From NCBI GenBank assembly GCA_002269645.1, contig NIVC01001660.1, positions 62,001 to 126,000 of the forward strand: DNA of 64,000 bases, given 5' to 3'. The DNA comes from Macrostomum lignano. Its lineage: Eukaryota. The translations under genes were made by a program, and so were the position numbers. Below the pieces are notes generated by a model. That model was not told where the DNA came from. It saw only the letters and a list, made by a program, of their open reading frames with translations, and did no database searches. Within the stretch, counting starts at the first letter, position 1. Every line of letters starts with the position of its first letter. Positions 35,001 to 47,864 of this stretch are shown piece by piece.

Positions 35001-38000
35001 CCAGCGGCCCAGGCTCGATTCCAAGTGCAGTCACGTTAATTTGGGGCTAAATTGGAATCTCAGCTTGGCTCTGCTCGTGCAATTGCCGCCCTTCAGGGCC
35101 AACCCTTAAGGCACAGTAAAGTGTACATGCCTAATGATAAAGTCAGGGCCGCTGTGCACTCCTGTGTGAGAGTGTGCCTGTGAGAATGACTGCGTACGTA
35201 TCCGCGCGCTTGTGTGCCTGCTCAGGGGAGTCGGCGGAACGGGCAGCAATGCCTCTCGCCGGTTGTGTGACAATGTCGCCGCCCACGCCCCCGGGACCCT
35301 CCCCAGGCGACCAGCAGCTCACCTGGTATTTGTCAACAGTGTAGAACTGAATAGGAGGCGGCGGCGGCGGCACCTTCTGAGCGATCTGAGCTAGCAGCTT
35401 CTTGCGCACCGAAGACAAATACTTGGCCAAAGCGAAGTAGCTCTCCAACAGGTCCTGGCCGCTGAACTCAGGCACCCGGCCGGGAAAGCTGACTCGATCC
35501 CGGAACTCCCTCGGCGCGATAGGGTACATGGCAACCACATTGGCCGGATCAATGCTCAGCAGCTCTAACAGGTCCAGCGACTCAGCGAACTGGCGCTGGC
35601 AGAACAGGTTGAAGGCGTAGTGGCACTTCACCAGCGAGACGTCAATGTCCCGCAGCTCGTCCGCCCTGTCCGGATCCGACTGGCCGATCTCGTGCAGCCG
35701 TAGGGCCAGCTCAAAATCGCGACGCTGTATGAGAACTTTTATCTGGGCTGACAGCGGCCGCGGGTGCAGGCAGTAGACTGACTTGGCAGAGGCAGCGAAC
35801 AACACGCCGCGGTGCTGGCTGACGCTGCGCAGGCTCTGCACGGGGGTGTGACTCAATGGAGCTAGGGGTGTGACTCATTAAAGCTAGGGATGTGACTCAT
35901 TAAAGCTAGGGATGTGACTCATTAAGGCTAGGGGTGTGACTCATTAAGGCTAGGGGTGTGACTCATTAAGGCTAGGGATGTGACTCATTAAGGCTAGGGG
36001 TGTGACTCATTAAAGCTAGGGATGTGACTCATTAAGGCTAGGGATGTGACTCATTAAAGCTAGGGATGTGACTCATTAAGGCTAGGGGTGTGACTCATTA
36101 AGGCTAGGGGTGTGACTCATTAAGGCTAGGGATGTGACTCATTAAGGCTAGGGGTGTGACTCATTAAGGCTAGGGATGTGACTCATTAAGGCTAGGGATG
36201 TGACTCATTAAGGCTAGGGGTGTGACTCATTAAGGCTAGGGGTGTGACTCATTAAGGCTAGGGATGTGACTCATTAAAGCTAGGGATGTGACTCATTAAA
36301 GCTAGGGATGTGACTCATTAAAGCTAGGGATGTGACTCATTAAGGCTAGGGGTGTGACTCATTAAGGCTAGGGATGTGACTCAATGGAGCTAGGGGTGTG
36401 ACTCATTAAAGCTAGGGATGTGACTCATTAAGGCTAGGGATGTGACTCATTAAGGCTAGGGATGTGACTCATTAAGGCTAGGGATGTGACTCATTAAGGC
36501 TAGGGATGTGACTCATTAGAGCTGGGGATGTGACTCATTAGAGCTGGGGATGTGACTCATTAAAGCTGGGGATGTGACTCATTAGAGCTAGGGGTGTGAC
36601 TCATTAGAGGTAGGGGTGTGACTTATTTGGGATTATTCATCAGGGATTAGAGCTAAGGGTGACTCATTGGAGCTAAGGGTGACTCATTGGAGCTAAGGGT
36701 GACTCCTTGGAGCTAGAGGTGACTTATTGGAGCTAAGAGTGACTTATTGAAGCTAAGGGTGACTCATTGGAGCTAAGGGTGACTCATTGGAGCTAGAGGT
36801 GACTCATTGGAGCTAAGAGTGACTTATTGAAGCTAAGGGTGACTCATTGGAGCTAAGGGTGACTCATTAGAGCTAAGGGTGACTTATTGGAGCTAAGGGT
36901 GACTCATTGGAGCTAAGGGTGACTCATTGGAGCTAGAGGTGAGTTTTTGGATCTATGCGTGACTGCAACTCAAGGCGAGAGTGGTGGAAGAGGCGATTAT
37001 CAAGGAGCTGGCCCCTGAGCACAGACGCGTACACAGGCACTTTCTCTGCGATGTCAGGCACGCACATACCGACCCTTTGGGGGCTAACTCATTAAGTAAT
37101 CTCAAACTCACCGGAATGTCCAAATTCTGTATCAGCGAAGTCCGCTGATCAACAGTTCGAACTTCAACAAAATCGGCACAGATGCCAATCAGAAACGGGG
37201 CCAAATATTGCAGCAGCAGAGGCTCCTTGGACCACTTGACCATCAGCGGCCCGTCGTTGCTTTTCTGACCGCGTCGCCAGCGGCCCTTCTCGTTGACAAA
37301 CATAGTCTTGGAGTCCTTGGAGCAGAGCGCCAGAGTGTTGCGCTCAACTGGCGCCATGACCGGGCCCGTGGCCGGTGAGAAAGGAAACAGCTCGAGGATT
37401 TCTCCGTCATCAACGCGAATTCGAAAGTAGTCGGTTTTTAATGCGACGCAGAGCGCTGTTGGGCCAATCCAGCTGACGGCTCTGGCCGCGGCGGGCAGGG
37501 CGAGTTCCTGGCGGAGCTCGGCGAACTGCGAGGCGCCAGGAGGCCAGTGGTACAGCAGCAGCCGCTGCTTGACGTGAACGCACAGGCGCAAGTTGGCTTG
37601 TCTGCCGCTTCCGCCTCCGGGATCTGCCGGGGTCTGGTGACAGCAGGCGAACAGGGAAGCGCCTCGGGTTCTGTCCAGCACGCTGAGAGCCTTCAACGTG
37701 TCCAGATTGTGCACCGAGACTGTGCCATCTGACAGGCTAATTAGCAAGCTGAGCGGCACCACAGCTTCCAGCTGCTGGATTGGCCGCCTGGAGAATGATT
37801 TGTGCGACTTCAGCAGCTGGATGGAGGGGCATTTGTCCAGGCCCGAGATGGAGTAGCTCAGCAGGTGGCCCTGTTCATGGCAGTGGGAGGAGCTGAATTA
37901 TTAATGAGACTGAGGCTCATGGGGAATTTCTCAGATCATGAAGACAAGACTCATAGGGAATTTCTCAGATTGCAAAGACAGAAAGGCTCATGGGGAATTG

Positions 38001-38717
38001 TCCACGTTGTAAAGACACAAAGGCTCATGGGGAATTTTCCAGGTTGTAAAGACACAAAGGCTTATGGGGATTCGTTCTGATTGTAAAGACACAAAGGCTT
38101 ATGGGGAATTGTCCAGGTTGTAAAGACACAAAGGCTCATAGGGAATTGCCCAGGTTGTAAAGACACAAAGGCTTATGGGGAATCGTTCTGATTGTAAAGA
38201 CACAAAGGCTTATGGGGAATTGTCCAGGTTGTAAAGACACAAAGGCTTATGGGGAATCGTTCTGATTGTAAAGACACAAAGGCTCATGGGGAATTGTCCA
38301 GGTTGTAAAGACACAAAGGCTCATGGGGAATTGTCCAGGTTGTGAAGACACAAAGGCTCATGGGGAATTGTCCAGGTTGTAAAGACACAAAGGCTCATGG
38401 GGAATTGTCCAGGTTGTAAAGACACAAAGGCTCATGGGGAATTGTCCAGGTTGTAAAGACACAAAGGCTCATGGGGAATTGTCCAGGTTGTAAAGACACA
38501 AAGGCTCATGGGGAATTGCCCAGATTGTAAAAAAGATACTGAGAACAGTGAGGATCAATCAATGTTATTACAACAATGATCTCCATGGTCTCCAAGCAGA
38601 ACTAACCTGATTGGTGCCAACCAGCAGAGTGGGTCCACAGTAAGTGAGGCATTCAATCTGCAGCGGTAGGTTATGCAAGATGGTGACCGCCTCGAATGGC
38701 TCGTAGTTTTCCAACAT
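29013..38717 (-). CDS. VPS39: Vam6/Vps39-like HOPS subunit (~901 aa)
   Basis: Exons 38607-38717 (MLENYEPFEAVTILHNLPLQIECL), 37112-37870, 35323-35835, 34352-34639, 30310-30939 and 29013-29417, all GT-AG and phase 0. CNH domain, clathrin-repeat region (CHLREAEACLK; LIFRYSRWII...GLRIFTE) and Vps39_2 Zn motif CSVCQNRIGASAFARFP...HYGC. Confidence 0.93.
30978..34275. repeat. 20/21-bp minisatellite, ~3.3 kb, in VPS39 intron 4
   Basis: Unit ggatagggg(g)ctgcagtgtca, roughly 160 copies. Confidence 0.97.
34974..35110 (+). mobile_element. tRNA-derived SINE head or tRNA pseudogene fragment in VPS39 intron 3
   Basis: A-box-like TAGCCTAGTGG (34979-34989) and B-box-like GGCTCGATTCC (35012-35022) at Pol III spacing; no complete cloverleaf. 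Confidence 0.45.
35862..36945. repeat. 22-bp and 20-bp related minisatellites in VPS39 intron 2
   Basis: ctagggatgtgactcattaagg grading into agctaagggtgactcattgg; the array abuts the 3' splice site at 35836. Confidence 0.95.
37905..38525. repeat. 37-bp minisatellite in VPS39 intron 1
   Basis: Unit gttgtaaagacacaaaggctcatggggaattgtccag. Confidence 0.93.
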
Positions 38718-39439
38718 CACATGGCTCTCTGATGAGGCAAGCCGCCAGCTGGAAAATTTGCGAACAAAATAAATGTTTTCGTCTTTTTACACCTGCTAAT
38801 TTGACGCGGAATTTTAATGATAGAGGACAAAGGAAGAATCAAAATAGTAAAGTTCATGATAACTTTTCTGAATAAATTTATTAATATTAAAACATTTATG
38901 AAGCTAGTAAAACAAGATTTAAGCACTTTACGAGAATTTGGTATAGATTAACTATTAGCAATCACATTTATGCGTAAATTAAAGCAAAACTATACGCACG
39001 AAGTCTACGTACGGCATCAATTGTGAAAGACCGCAATGCAATGCAAAAAAAACAAAAAAAGATAATGAATAACAATGTACGCTGCATTTAACAAGCAGAT
39101 AAAGGAAACCCATCACCCATGTGCACTGATTAAGCATTTGCAAACCAATTAACCGACAATGTATCTAGAAATATTGATACGAGTGTCGTATATTATGAAT
39201 TATGGCTACTTGTGTTTACAATGACTGTTAAACTGTTGAAAAGATGAAATATTGCAATAATTAGACAGCTCATTATTAGTATTCTTCTGATGGATCATCT
39301 GCGCATGTTAAAACACTACTCACCGAAATACTTGTACGAGCTAAGCCTAATTTAAAGATTGAAAACATTAAATTAACACACAGAACTTCTTAACCTACAC
39401 ACGTAACTCAAAGACACGAACTTTTAGCAACTAAAGTAC

Positions 39440-39970
39440 ATGGTTACAAATCACTTAACTAAAGTACACTACAGAACCTCAACCCTAGTAGCTAAACTAC
39501 ACCGCTGGAAGCGAACCTTAGCAACTAAAGTACACTATTAAAAAAATCCTAGCAATAAAAGTACACCACTGGAAACCCACCCTAGCAACTAAAGTACACT
39601 ATTGGAAACCCACCCTAGCAACTAAAGTACACTACTGGACACTCACCCAGGCAACTAAAAGTACACTATTGGAAACTCACCCTTGCAACTAAAGTACACT
39701 ATTGGAAACTCACCCTTGCAACTAAAGTACACTATTGGAAACACACCCTGGCAACTAAAGTACACCACCGGAAACCCACCCTAGCAACTAAAGTACACTA
39801 TTGGAAACCCACCCTAGCAACTAAAGTACACTATTGGAAACCCACCCTAGCAACTAAAGTACACTATTGGAAACCCTTCCTAGCAATAAAATTACACTAT
39901 TAGAAACCCACCCTGGCAACTAAAGTACACCATTGGAAACACACCCTAGCAACTAAAGTACACTATTAGC
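39440..39970. repeat. 33-bp minisatellite between TBC1D20 and VPS39
   Basis: Unit ctagcaactaaagtacactattggaaacccacc. Confidence 0.9.
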
Positions 39971-40032
39971 AAAGTGGACGCCTAAATCATAAAACATCAA
40001 GCAAGCTCCATATATATATTAAAGTGCGCAAG

Positions 40033-43000
40033 TCAACTCAGCAGTTGGGTCCACAGCACAGCCAGCAGAGCCACCAGCACAGCCAGCAGAATCAGCAGAG
40101 CCCCCCTCGATCGAAGCAGATGCGGCAGGCTGACCTGCGCCTTCACCATCAGCAGCCCCAATCTCGACCGAGGCTTCCGCTGTCCGCCGGGCTGCTCAAA
40201 CAGTTTGAGCTCGTCAAACCAGGACGGGGACTGGACAGTGTCCGGCGGGTGCAGGATAAACAGGCGACAGGCCTCGGAGATGACCGTCTCCAATTGGATG
40301 GCGCCGCTATTGGGAATGTTGGCCAGGCAAGAGTGCAGCACAGCAAAATCAATGTCTTCCGGAGGCAGAGACAGCAGACGATCCTGAAATTTGAACCGAT
40401 TTGTACTACTTAGCAGTAGCAACATCAAATATATATTTTACCTGCGATTCGATTCACCTGCTTGTGCAGAACCAAAGCAGCGCTAAAGTACAGCGGCATC
40501 AGCGGATGACTGGCCAAAAAGAAATCGTACAGCCGCAGGATTGCGTCAAGGTCGTCTAGCACGTGACCAAACCAAGTGATCACCCAGGCAACTGAGAATG
40601 CCGGCGGAACTTCGTGCTTTTCAATGAGATCGGCTATTCGTTTGCCGCGCGGGTCCTGAGGGGGGGGGCGCGTTTGGAGTGCGATGGGTTGCAACAATGC
40701 TATGGCTAATGAGGCACTAACATGACGAACTGCACTCTAAGACCCTTGTGACTGCCCCCATGAGATCCCTCAATACTCGGACTGTCTCTCCCTGGTCTCC
40801 CTGAGACTGCCTCCTTGAGACCTCTTTGAGACTGCCCCCTTGAGACCTCTTTGAGACTGCCCCCTTGAGACCTCTTTGAGACTGCCCCCTTGAGACCTCT
40901 TTGAGACTGCCCCCTTGAGACCTCTTTGAGACTGCCCCCTTGAGACCTCTCTGAGACTGCCCCCTTGAGACCTCTCTGAGACTGCCCCCCCCGAGACCTC
41001 TTTGAGACTGCCCCCTTTGAGACCTTCCTGAGACTGCCCCCCCGAGACCTCTTTGAGACTGCCCCCTTGAGACCTCTTTGAGACTGCCCCCTTTGAGACC
41101 TTCCTGAGACTGCCCCCCGAGACCTCTTTGAGACTGCCCCTTGAGACCTCTCTGAGACTGCCCCCTTGAGACCTCTCTGAGACTGCCCCCCCCCGAGACC
41201 TCTTTGAGACTGCCCCCTTTGAGACCTTCCTGAGACTGCCCCCCGAGACCTCTTTGAGACTGCCCCTTGAGACCTCTTTGAGACTGCCCCTTTGAGACCT
41301 TCCTGAGACTGCCCCCCGAGACCTCTTTGAGACTGCCCCTTGAGACCTCTCTGAGACTGCCCCCCTTGAGACCTCTCTGAGACTGCCCCCCCGAGACCTC
41401 TTTGAGACTGCCCCTTTGAGACCTTCCTGAGACTGCCCCCCGAGACCTCTTTGAGACTGCCCCCTTGAGACCTCTTTGAGACTGCCCCCTTTGAGACCTT
41501 CCTGAGACTGCCCCCCCGAGACCTCTTTGAGACTGCCCCCTTGAGACCTCTCTGAGACTGCCCCCTTGAGACCTCTCTGAGACTGCCCCCCCCGAGACCT
41601 CTTTGAGACTGCCCCCTTTGAGACCTTCCTGAGACTGCCCCCCGAGACCTCTTTGAGACTGCCCCCTTGAGACCTCTTTGAGACTGCCCCTTTGAGACCT
41701 TCCTGAGACTGCCCCCCCGAGACCTCTTTGAGACTGCCCCTTGAGACCTCTTTGAGACTGCCCCTTGAGACCTCTTTGAGACTGCCCCTTGAGACCTCTT
41801 TGAGACTGCCCCCTTGAGACCTCTTTAAGACTGCCCCTTGAGACCTCTTTGAGACTGCCCCCTTGAGACCTCTTTGAGACTGCCCCCTTGAGACCTCTCT
41901 GAGACTGCCCCTTGAGACCTCTTTGAGACTGCCCCCTTGAGACCTCTTTGAGACTGCCCCCTTGAGACCTCTTTGAGACTGCCCTTGAGACCTCTTTAAG
42001 ACTGCCCCTTGAGACCTCTTTGAGACTGCCCCTTGAGACCTCTTTGAGACTGCCCCCTTGAGACCTCTCTGAGACTGCCCCCTTGAGACCTCTTTGAGAC
42101 TGCCCCTTGAGACCTCTTTGAGACTGCCCCCTGAGATCTCTTTAAGACTGCCCCTGAGACCTCTTTAAGACTGCCCCTGAGACCTCTTTAAGACTGCCCC
42201 CTGAGACCTCTTTAAGACTGCCCCCTGAGACCTCCCTAATACTGCCCCCTGAGACCTCCCTAATACTGCCCCCTGAGACCTCCCTAATACTGCCCCCTGA
42301 GACCTCCCTGAGACTGCCTCTCCCTCTGACCTGAGACCCCTGAGACCAGAGTGCCCCGAGTCCAGTTAAAACAAATAGAAACAGTCTAAAAAATTCACCT
42401 TGCTCAAAAGCAGCGGCACCAGTTTCAACAGCTCAGTAGTAACAGCCATGCTCGGGTACAGGTGCTCACGCAAGTGACTTTTAGAGACAGCCTCTACAAC
42501 ATTATAGGCGTGCCGACTGTCCAGCACAAGCAGGAATGTAATAACAATATCGTGATAGCCCTGATAATAGTGCAGGTGAGAATTCGCGTGCAACACTCGC
42601 ATAATGGTCTCCACTAGCTGGTCCTGGTAGGACATTCGCACCTGCTCGTCCATGCCGGGTGGGAATCGCTTCAGGGAGCGCTCAACGTCTAACACAACCT
42701 GCGAGTAGATTGGAAGACGGACGGTTGGCTTTGCAAGTTCATCTACTGATAAGTAGAAAGTTTAGAGTGTAACGCGAAAAGCTTGCATGGCGGGAAAAAC
42801 CCTGACGCAACGGCTTCGGCGACATTGCCCAACAACCAGCGCTATACAGACAAGCACATACAGACACGTTTACCGATGAGCTGCTCTGCCCCTTAGTGTA
42901 GGTCTTAATAGGCCAGCTGATTAAGTCTAGAGGGATGGAAACCGGTACTGCCAGTATGACCTGGCCTGGTTCAATTTCACTTTTAACTAGCTGACTAAAA

Positions 43001-45841
43001 AGGGGGGAAGGAGATGGAAGTGGGGAGACTGGGGGAGAGTGGGAGAGGGAAAGTGGGTGGGAGAGTGGGTGGGAGAGTGGGAGAGGGAGAGTGGGTGGGA
43101 GAGTGAGAGAGGGAGAGTAGGTGGGAGAGTGAGAGAGGGAGTGGGTGGGAGAGCTAAGAAAGGCAGGCAGAGATATAGACAGCGAGGGAGAGGGGGAGAT
43201 GGATTGTAGAACAAAGCAACTGGGAGGGTGAGGAGAGGGAGAGAGGGTGGGAGAGTGAGAGAGGGAGAGTGGGTGGGAGAGTGAGAGAGGGAGAGTGGGT
43301 GGGAGAGTGAGAGAGGGAGAGTGGGTGGGAGAGTGAGAGAGGGAGAGTGAGAGAGGGAGAGTGGGTGGGAGAGTGAGAGAGGAGAGTGAGAGAGGGAGAG
43401 TGGGTGGGAGAGTGAGAGAGGGAGAGTGGGTGGGAGAGTGAGAGAGGGAGAGTGAGAGAGGGAGAGTGGGTGGGAGAGTGAGAGAGGGAGAGTGGATGGA
43501 GAGTGGGAGAGGGAGAGTGGATGGGAGAGTGAGAGAGGGAGTGGGTGGGAGAGCTAAGAAAGGCAGGCAGAGATATAGACAGCGAGGGAGAGGGGGAGAT
43601 GGATTGTAGAACAAAGCAACTGGGAGGGTGAGGAGAGGGAGAGAGGGTGGGAGAGTGAGAGAGGGAGAGTGGGTGGGAGAGTGAGAGAGGGAGAGTGGGT
43701 GGGAGAGTGAGAGAGGGAGAGTGGGTGGGAGAGTGAGAGAGGGAGAGTGAGAGAGGGAGAGTGGGTGGGAGAGTGAGAGAGGGAGAGTGAGAGAGGGAGA
43801 GTGGGTGGGAGAGTGAGAGAGGGAGAGTGGGTGGGAGAGTGAGAGAGGGAGAGTGAGAGAGGGAGAGTGGGTGGGAGAGTGAGAGAGGGAGAGTGGATGG
43901 GAGAGTGGGAGAGGGAGAGTGGATGGGAGAGTGAGAGAGGGAGTGGGTGGGAGAGCTAAGAAAGGCAGGCAGAGATATAGACAGCGAGGGAGAGGGGGAG
44001 ATGGATTGTAGAACAAAGCAACTGGGAGGGTGAGGAGAGGGAGAGAGGGTGGGAGAGTGAGAGAGGGAGAGTGGGTGGGAGAGTGAGAGAGGGAGAGTGG
44101 GTGGGAGAGTGAGAGAGGGAGAGTGGGTGGGAGAGTGAGAGAGGGAGAGTGAGAGAGGGAGAGTGGGTGGGAGAGTGAGAGAGGGAGAGTGAGAGAGGGA
44201 GAGTGGGTGGGAGAGTGAGAGAGGGAGAGTGGGTGGGAGAGTGAGAGAGGAGAGTGAGAGAGGGAGAGTGGGTGGGAGAGTGAGAGAGGGAGAGTGGATG
44301 GAGAGTGGGAGAGGGAGAGTGGGTGGGAGAGTTAGAGAGGGAGGGTGGGTGGGAGAGTGAGAGAGGGAGAGTGGTGGGAGAGTGAGAGAGGGAGAGTGAG
44401 AGAGGGAGAGTGGGTGGGAGAGTGAGAGAGGGAGAGTGGGTGGGAGAGTTAGAGAGGGAGAGTGGATGGGAGAGTGGGAGAGGGAGAGTGGGTGGGAGAG
44501 TTAGAGAGGGAGAGTGGGTGGGAGAGTGAGAGAGGGAGAGTGGATTGGAGAGTGAGAGAGGGAGAGTGAGAGAGGGAGAGTGGGTGGGAGAGTGAGAGAG
44601 GGAGAGTGAGAGAGGGAGAGTGGGTGGGAGAGTGAGAGAGGGAGAGTGGGTGGGAGAGTGAGAGAGGGAGAGTGAGAGAGGGAGAGTGGGTGGGAGAGTG
44701 AGAGAGGGAGAGTGGGTGGGAGAGTGAGAGAGGGAGAGTGAGAGAGGGAGAGTGGGTGGGAGAGTGAGAGAGGGAGAGTGGGTGGGAGAGTGAGAGAGGG
44801 AGAGTGGGTGGGAGAGTGAGAGAGGGAGAGTGAGAGAGGGAGAGTGGGTGGGAGAGTGAGAGAGGGAGAGTGAGAGAGGGAGAGTGGGTGGGAGAGTGAG
44901 AGAGGGAGAGTGAGAGAGGGAGAGTGGGTGGGAGAGTTAGAGAGGGAGAGTGGATGGGAGAGTGGGAGAGGGAGAGTGGGTGGGAGAGGGAGAGAGGGAG
45001 AGTGGGTGGGAAAGTTAGAGAGGGAGAGTGGGTGGGAGAGTGAGAGAGGGAGAGTGAGAGAGGGAGAGTGGGTGGGAGAGTTAGAGAGGGAGAGTGGATG
45101 GGAGAGTGGGAGAGGGAGAGTGGGTGGGAGAGGGAGAGAGGGAGAGTGGGTGGGAAAGTTAGAGAGGGAGAGTGGGTGGGAGAGTTAGAGAGGGAGAGTG
45201 GATGGGAGAGTGGGAGAGGGAGAGTGGGTGGGAGAGTGAGAGAGGGAGAGTGGGTGGAGAGTGAGAGAGGGAGAGTGGGTGGGAGAGTGAGAGAGGGAGA
45301 GTGGGTGGGAGAGCTAGAGAGCAGCTAAGAAAGGCAGGCAGAGATATAGACAGCGAGGGGGAGGGGGAGATGGATTGTAGAACAAAGCAACTGGGAGGGT
45401 GAGGAGAGGGAGAGAGGACTCAGAAGGATTCAAAATTGGGATAAGCATGGAGGGAGCTGCCAGTAAAGCAGCAATTAAAGCAACAGGCAAATCAGGCCAA
45501 ACAAGGAGACTGCAGTCGGATTGGCGCACCTGATTATAATCCGGATGCCGTTTCAACTGTTTCTGAGTCGGCGTCGGCGGCTCCGGCTTGTCGGCGACGC
45601 GGGTGAGCAGCGGCCAGACGAGTCGGCGAAGCTCGTTGGACGCCAGGCCGTAGCGCTCGATGGCCAGGCAGCGGAGGGCGTCCACATCCGGGGAGCCGGC
45701 CGGCGATGTCGCTGAGAGCGCCTCGCGAACTCGTTCGGCTTTCCGACGTCGGAACGTCGCTAGCAAGGTCGCCGCCGAACTGGCTTCGTCGGTTGCGTCG
45801 GCAGACGATGCCGAGGCCGTGGCGGCGGCGTGAGCAGGCAT
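40033..45841 (-). CDS. TBC1D20: TBC1 domain family member 20 (Rab GAP with C-terminal TM anchor), 386 aa
   Basis: Exons 45530-45841, 42399-42698, 40458-40655 and 40033-40383, all GT-AG and phase 0. LRRLVWPLL, arginine finger LDVERS, glutamine finger YYQGYHD, ITWFGH, RLYDFFLASHPLMPLY, and a C-terminal hydrophobic anchor. Confidence 0.95.
40790..42330. repeat. ~25-bp minisatellite in TBC1D20 intron 2
   Basis: Unit gagactgcccccttgagacctcttt. Confidence 0.95.
43000..45420. repeat. Polypurine (GA/GT) satellite with a higher-order repeat in TBC1D20 intron 1
   Basis: gagagtgagagaggga and gtgggtgg units, interrupted by a ~90-bp block (gctaagaaaggcaggcagagatatagacagc...) near 43150, 43555, 43955 and 45325. 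Confidence 0.93.
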
Positions 45842-46379
45842 GACTGGGCTCGGCGGTCAGGCTTGGCTTAGCAGTGAAGATTTATGGCTGCTGCTGTTGC
45901 CTTGGTAACGCTGATGACGCAATGGACAGTTGCTGAGGGCATTAAATGAGGTGCAAAAAGCTTACTAATTATTGCTGAACTAATCAAAATGTACGTCGCG
46001 TCTAGTACATCCTTATCGGGAAGATGGTTAGAAGAGGATAAAATATAACAGCTTAATGAAGTTAGCGAGAATTATTAATATTTATTGAAGTTAAAATTTA
46101 ATCCATGGACAAGCCGAGCGGGTACGAGATGACATCTCATTGAGATAACTTCAAGACTGAGTGCAGTTGGTACTTTTTAGAACTAGACTTTGCGCGAAAA
46201 TAACCGACAAGAACTGATGCTGTTAGTAGTTTGTTGTACAGGAAACTACACCAAGTTAACAGGTCAATACTTATAATTTTATAATCATTACATTATCATA
46301 GCTCTTACATGACTAACTGTAACTCGATAGCGTACCCAAAATGCTGATTATAGAATACCATAAATCTCTTTGAATCAAC

Positions 46380-46665
46380 CTGCCTACAACAGGACACTAC
46401 TACAGCATCAATCTGTCTACTACAGCACACTACCTACAATATCAACCTGTCTACTACAGCAGTCTGACTACAGCATCAACCTGCCTACTTTAGAACACTA
46501 CCTACAGCATCAAACTGCCTACTTTAGAACACTACCTACAGCATCAAACTGCCTACTTTAGAACACTACCTACAGCATCAAACTGCCTACTTTAGAACAC
46601 TACCTACAGCATCAAACTGCCTACTTTAGAACACTACCTACAGCATTAAACTGCCTACTAGAGCA
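46380..46665. repeat. 34-bp minisatellite
   Basis: Unit ctttagaacactacctacagcatcaaactgccta. Confidence 0.85.
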
Positions 46666-47234
46666 CACTAACCAATGTACTATACAGCATTTATTGGATA
46701 ATAATAATCGGATAATAATAAAAACAAGAGTGCACAAAATTCACTGCAAAATATCAAGCAAGAGGAGAAAGAGAAGACAGAGAACTCCGTGAGCTAAGCC
46801 TATAGTTAATTGCATTACGTTTTACGCATCGCATATACTTATTTATAAGAAAGCTTTATTGATCGCGCTGCATCATATTGAGGGGTGAAATCAAAAAAGC
46901 ATAGAAGCATATTCCAACACGTTTCAGCAATAATATTAAGCAACAATTTAAAGAAAATGAAAACTGAAAGCCAATCAATGGGTGACACGCGCAGGAGACG
47001 AATAGAGAAATTTTTAATGTACAAAAGCATAAACTGTTTTCTTCAAACACTCGCGCACTACTACAAGTAGCTATTTGTATATCATTACAAAAAATAGATA
47101 GGCTGGTGATTCTTCGAAACAATTCACTGACCGATTTACACTTTTTTAACCGAAGGAATAACAAGCTCTATTTACTCGTAAACTAAATGACTACGAGTCT
47201 GATTTAACTCGTAAACTTTAAAAGTTTTACTGTT

Positions 47235-47857
47235 ATTCAGTCGCCGTTCTACCATTTTTCAGTCACTGTTCTACTATTTTTCAGTCACTGTTCTACCATT
47301 TTTCAGTCACTGTTTTACTACTTTTCAGTCACTGTTCTACCATTTTTCAGTCACTGTTCTACCATTTTTCAGTCACTGTTTTACTACTTTTCAGTCACTG
47401 TTCTACCATTTTTCAGTCACTGTTTTACTATTTTTCAGTCACTGTTTTACTATTTTTCAGTCGCTGTTCTACCATTTTTCAGTCACTGTTCTACCATTTT
47501 TCAGTCACTGTTTTACTATTTTTCAGTCGCTGTTCTACCATTTTTCAGTCACTGTTCTACCATTTTTCAGTCACTGTTCTACCATTTTTCAGTCGCTGTT
47601 CTACCATTTTTCAGTCACTGTTTTACTATTTTTCAGTCACTGTTCTACCATTTTTCAGTCACTGTTTTACTATTTTTCAGTCACTGTTCTACCATTTTCA
47701 GTCACTGTTCTACCATTTTTCAGTCACTGTTCTACCATTTTTCAGTCACTGTTCTACCATTTTTCAGTCACTGTTCTACCATTTTTCAGTCACTGTTCTA
47801 CCATTTTTCAGTCACTGTTCTACCATTTTTCAGTCACTGTTCTACCATTTTTCAGTC
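47235..47857. repeat. 22-bp minisatellite
   Basis: Unit ttctaccatttttcagtcactg. Confidence 0.93.
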
Positions 47858-47864
47858 GGGGGGG

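Noticed and set aside
42739-45328. 425-aa Pro/Ser/Leu ORF and Glu/Gly/Arg ORFs
   Set aside because: Stop-free by composition; they are the polypurine satellite in TBC1D20 intron 1.
47235-47857. Array of TTTTTCAG acceptor-like motifs
   Set aside because: On the plus strand, opposite to the neighbouring genes, with no downstream plus-strand exon.
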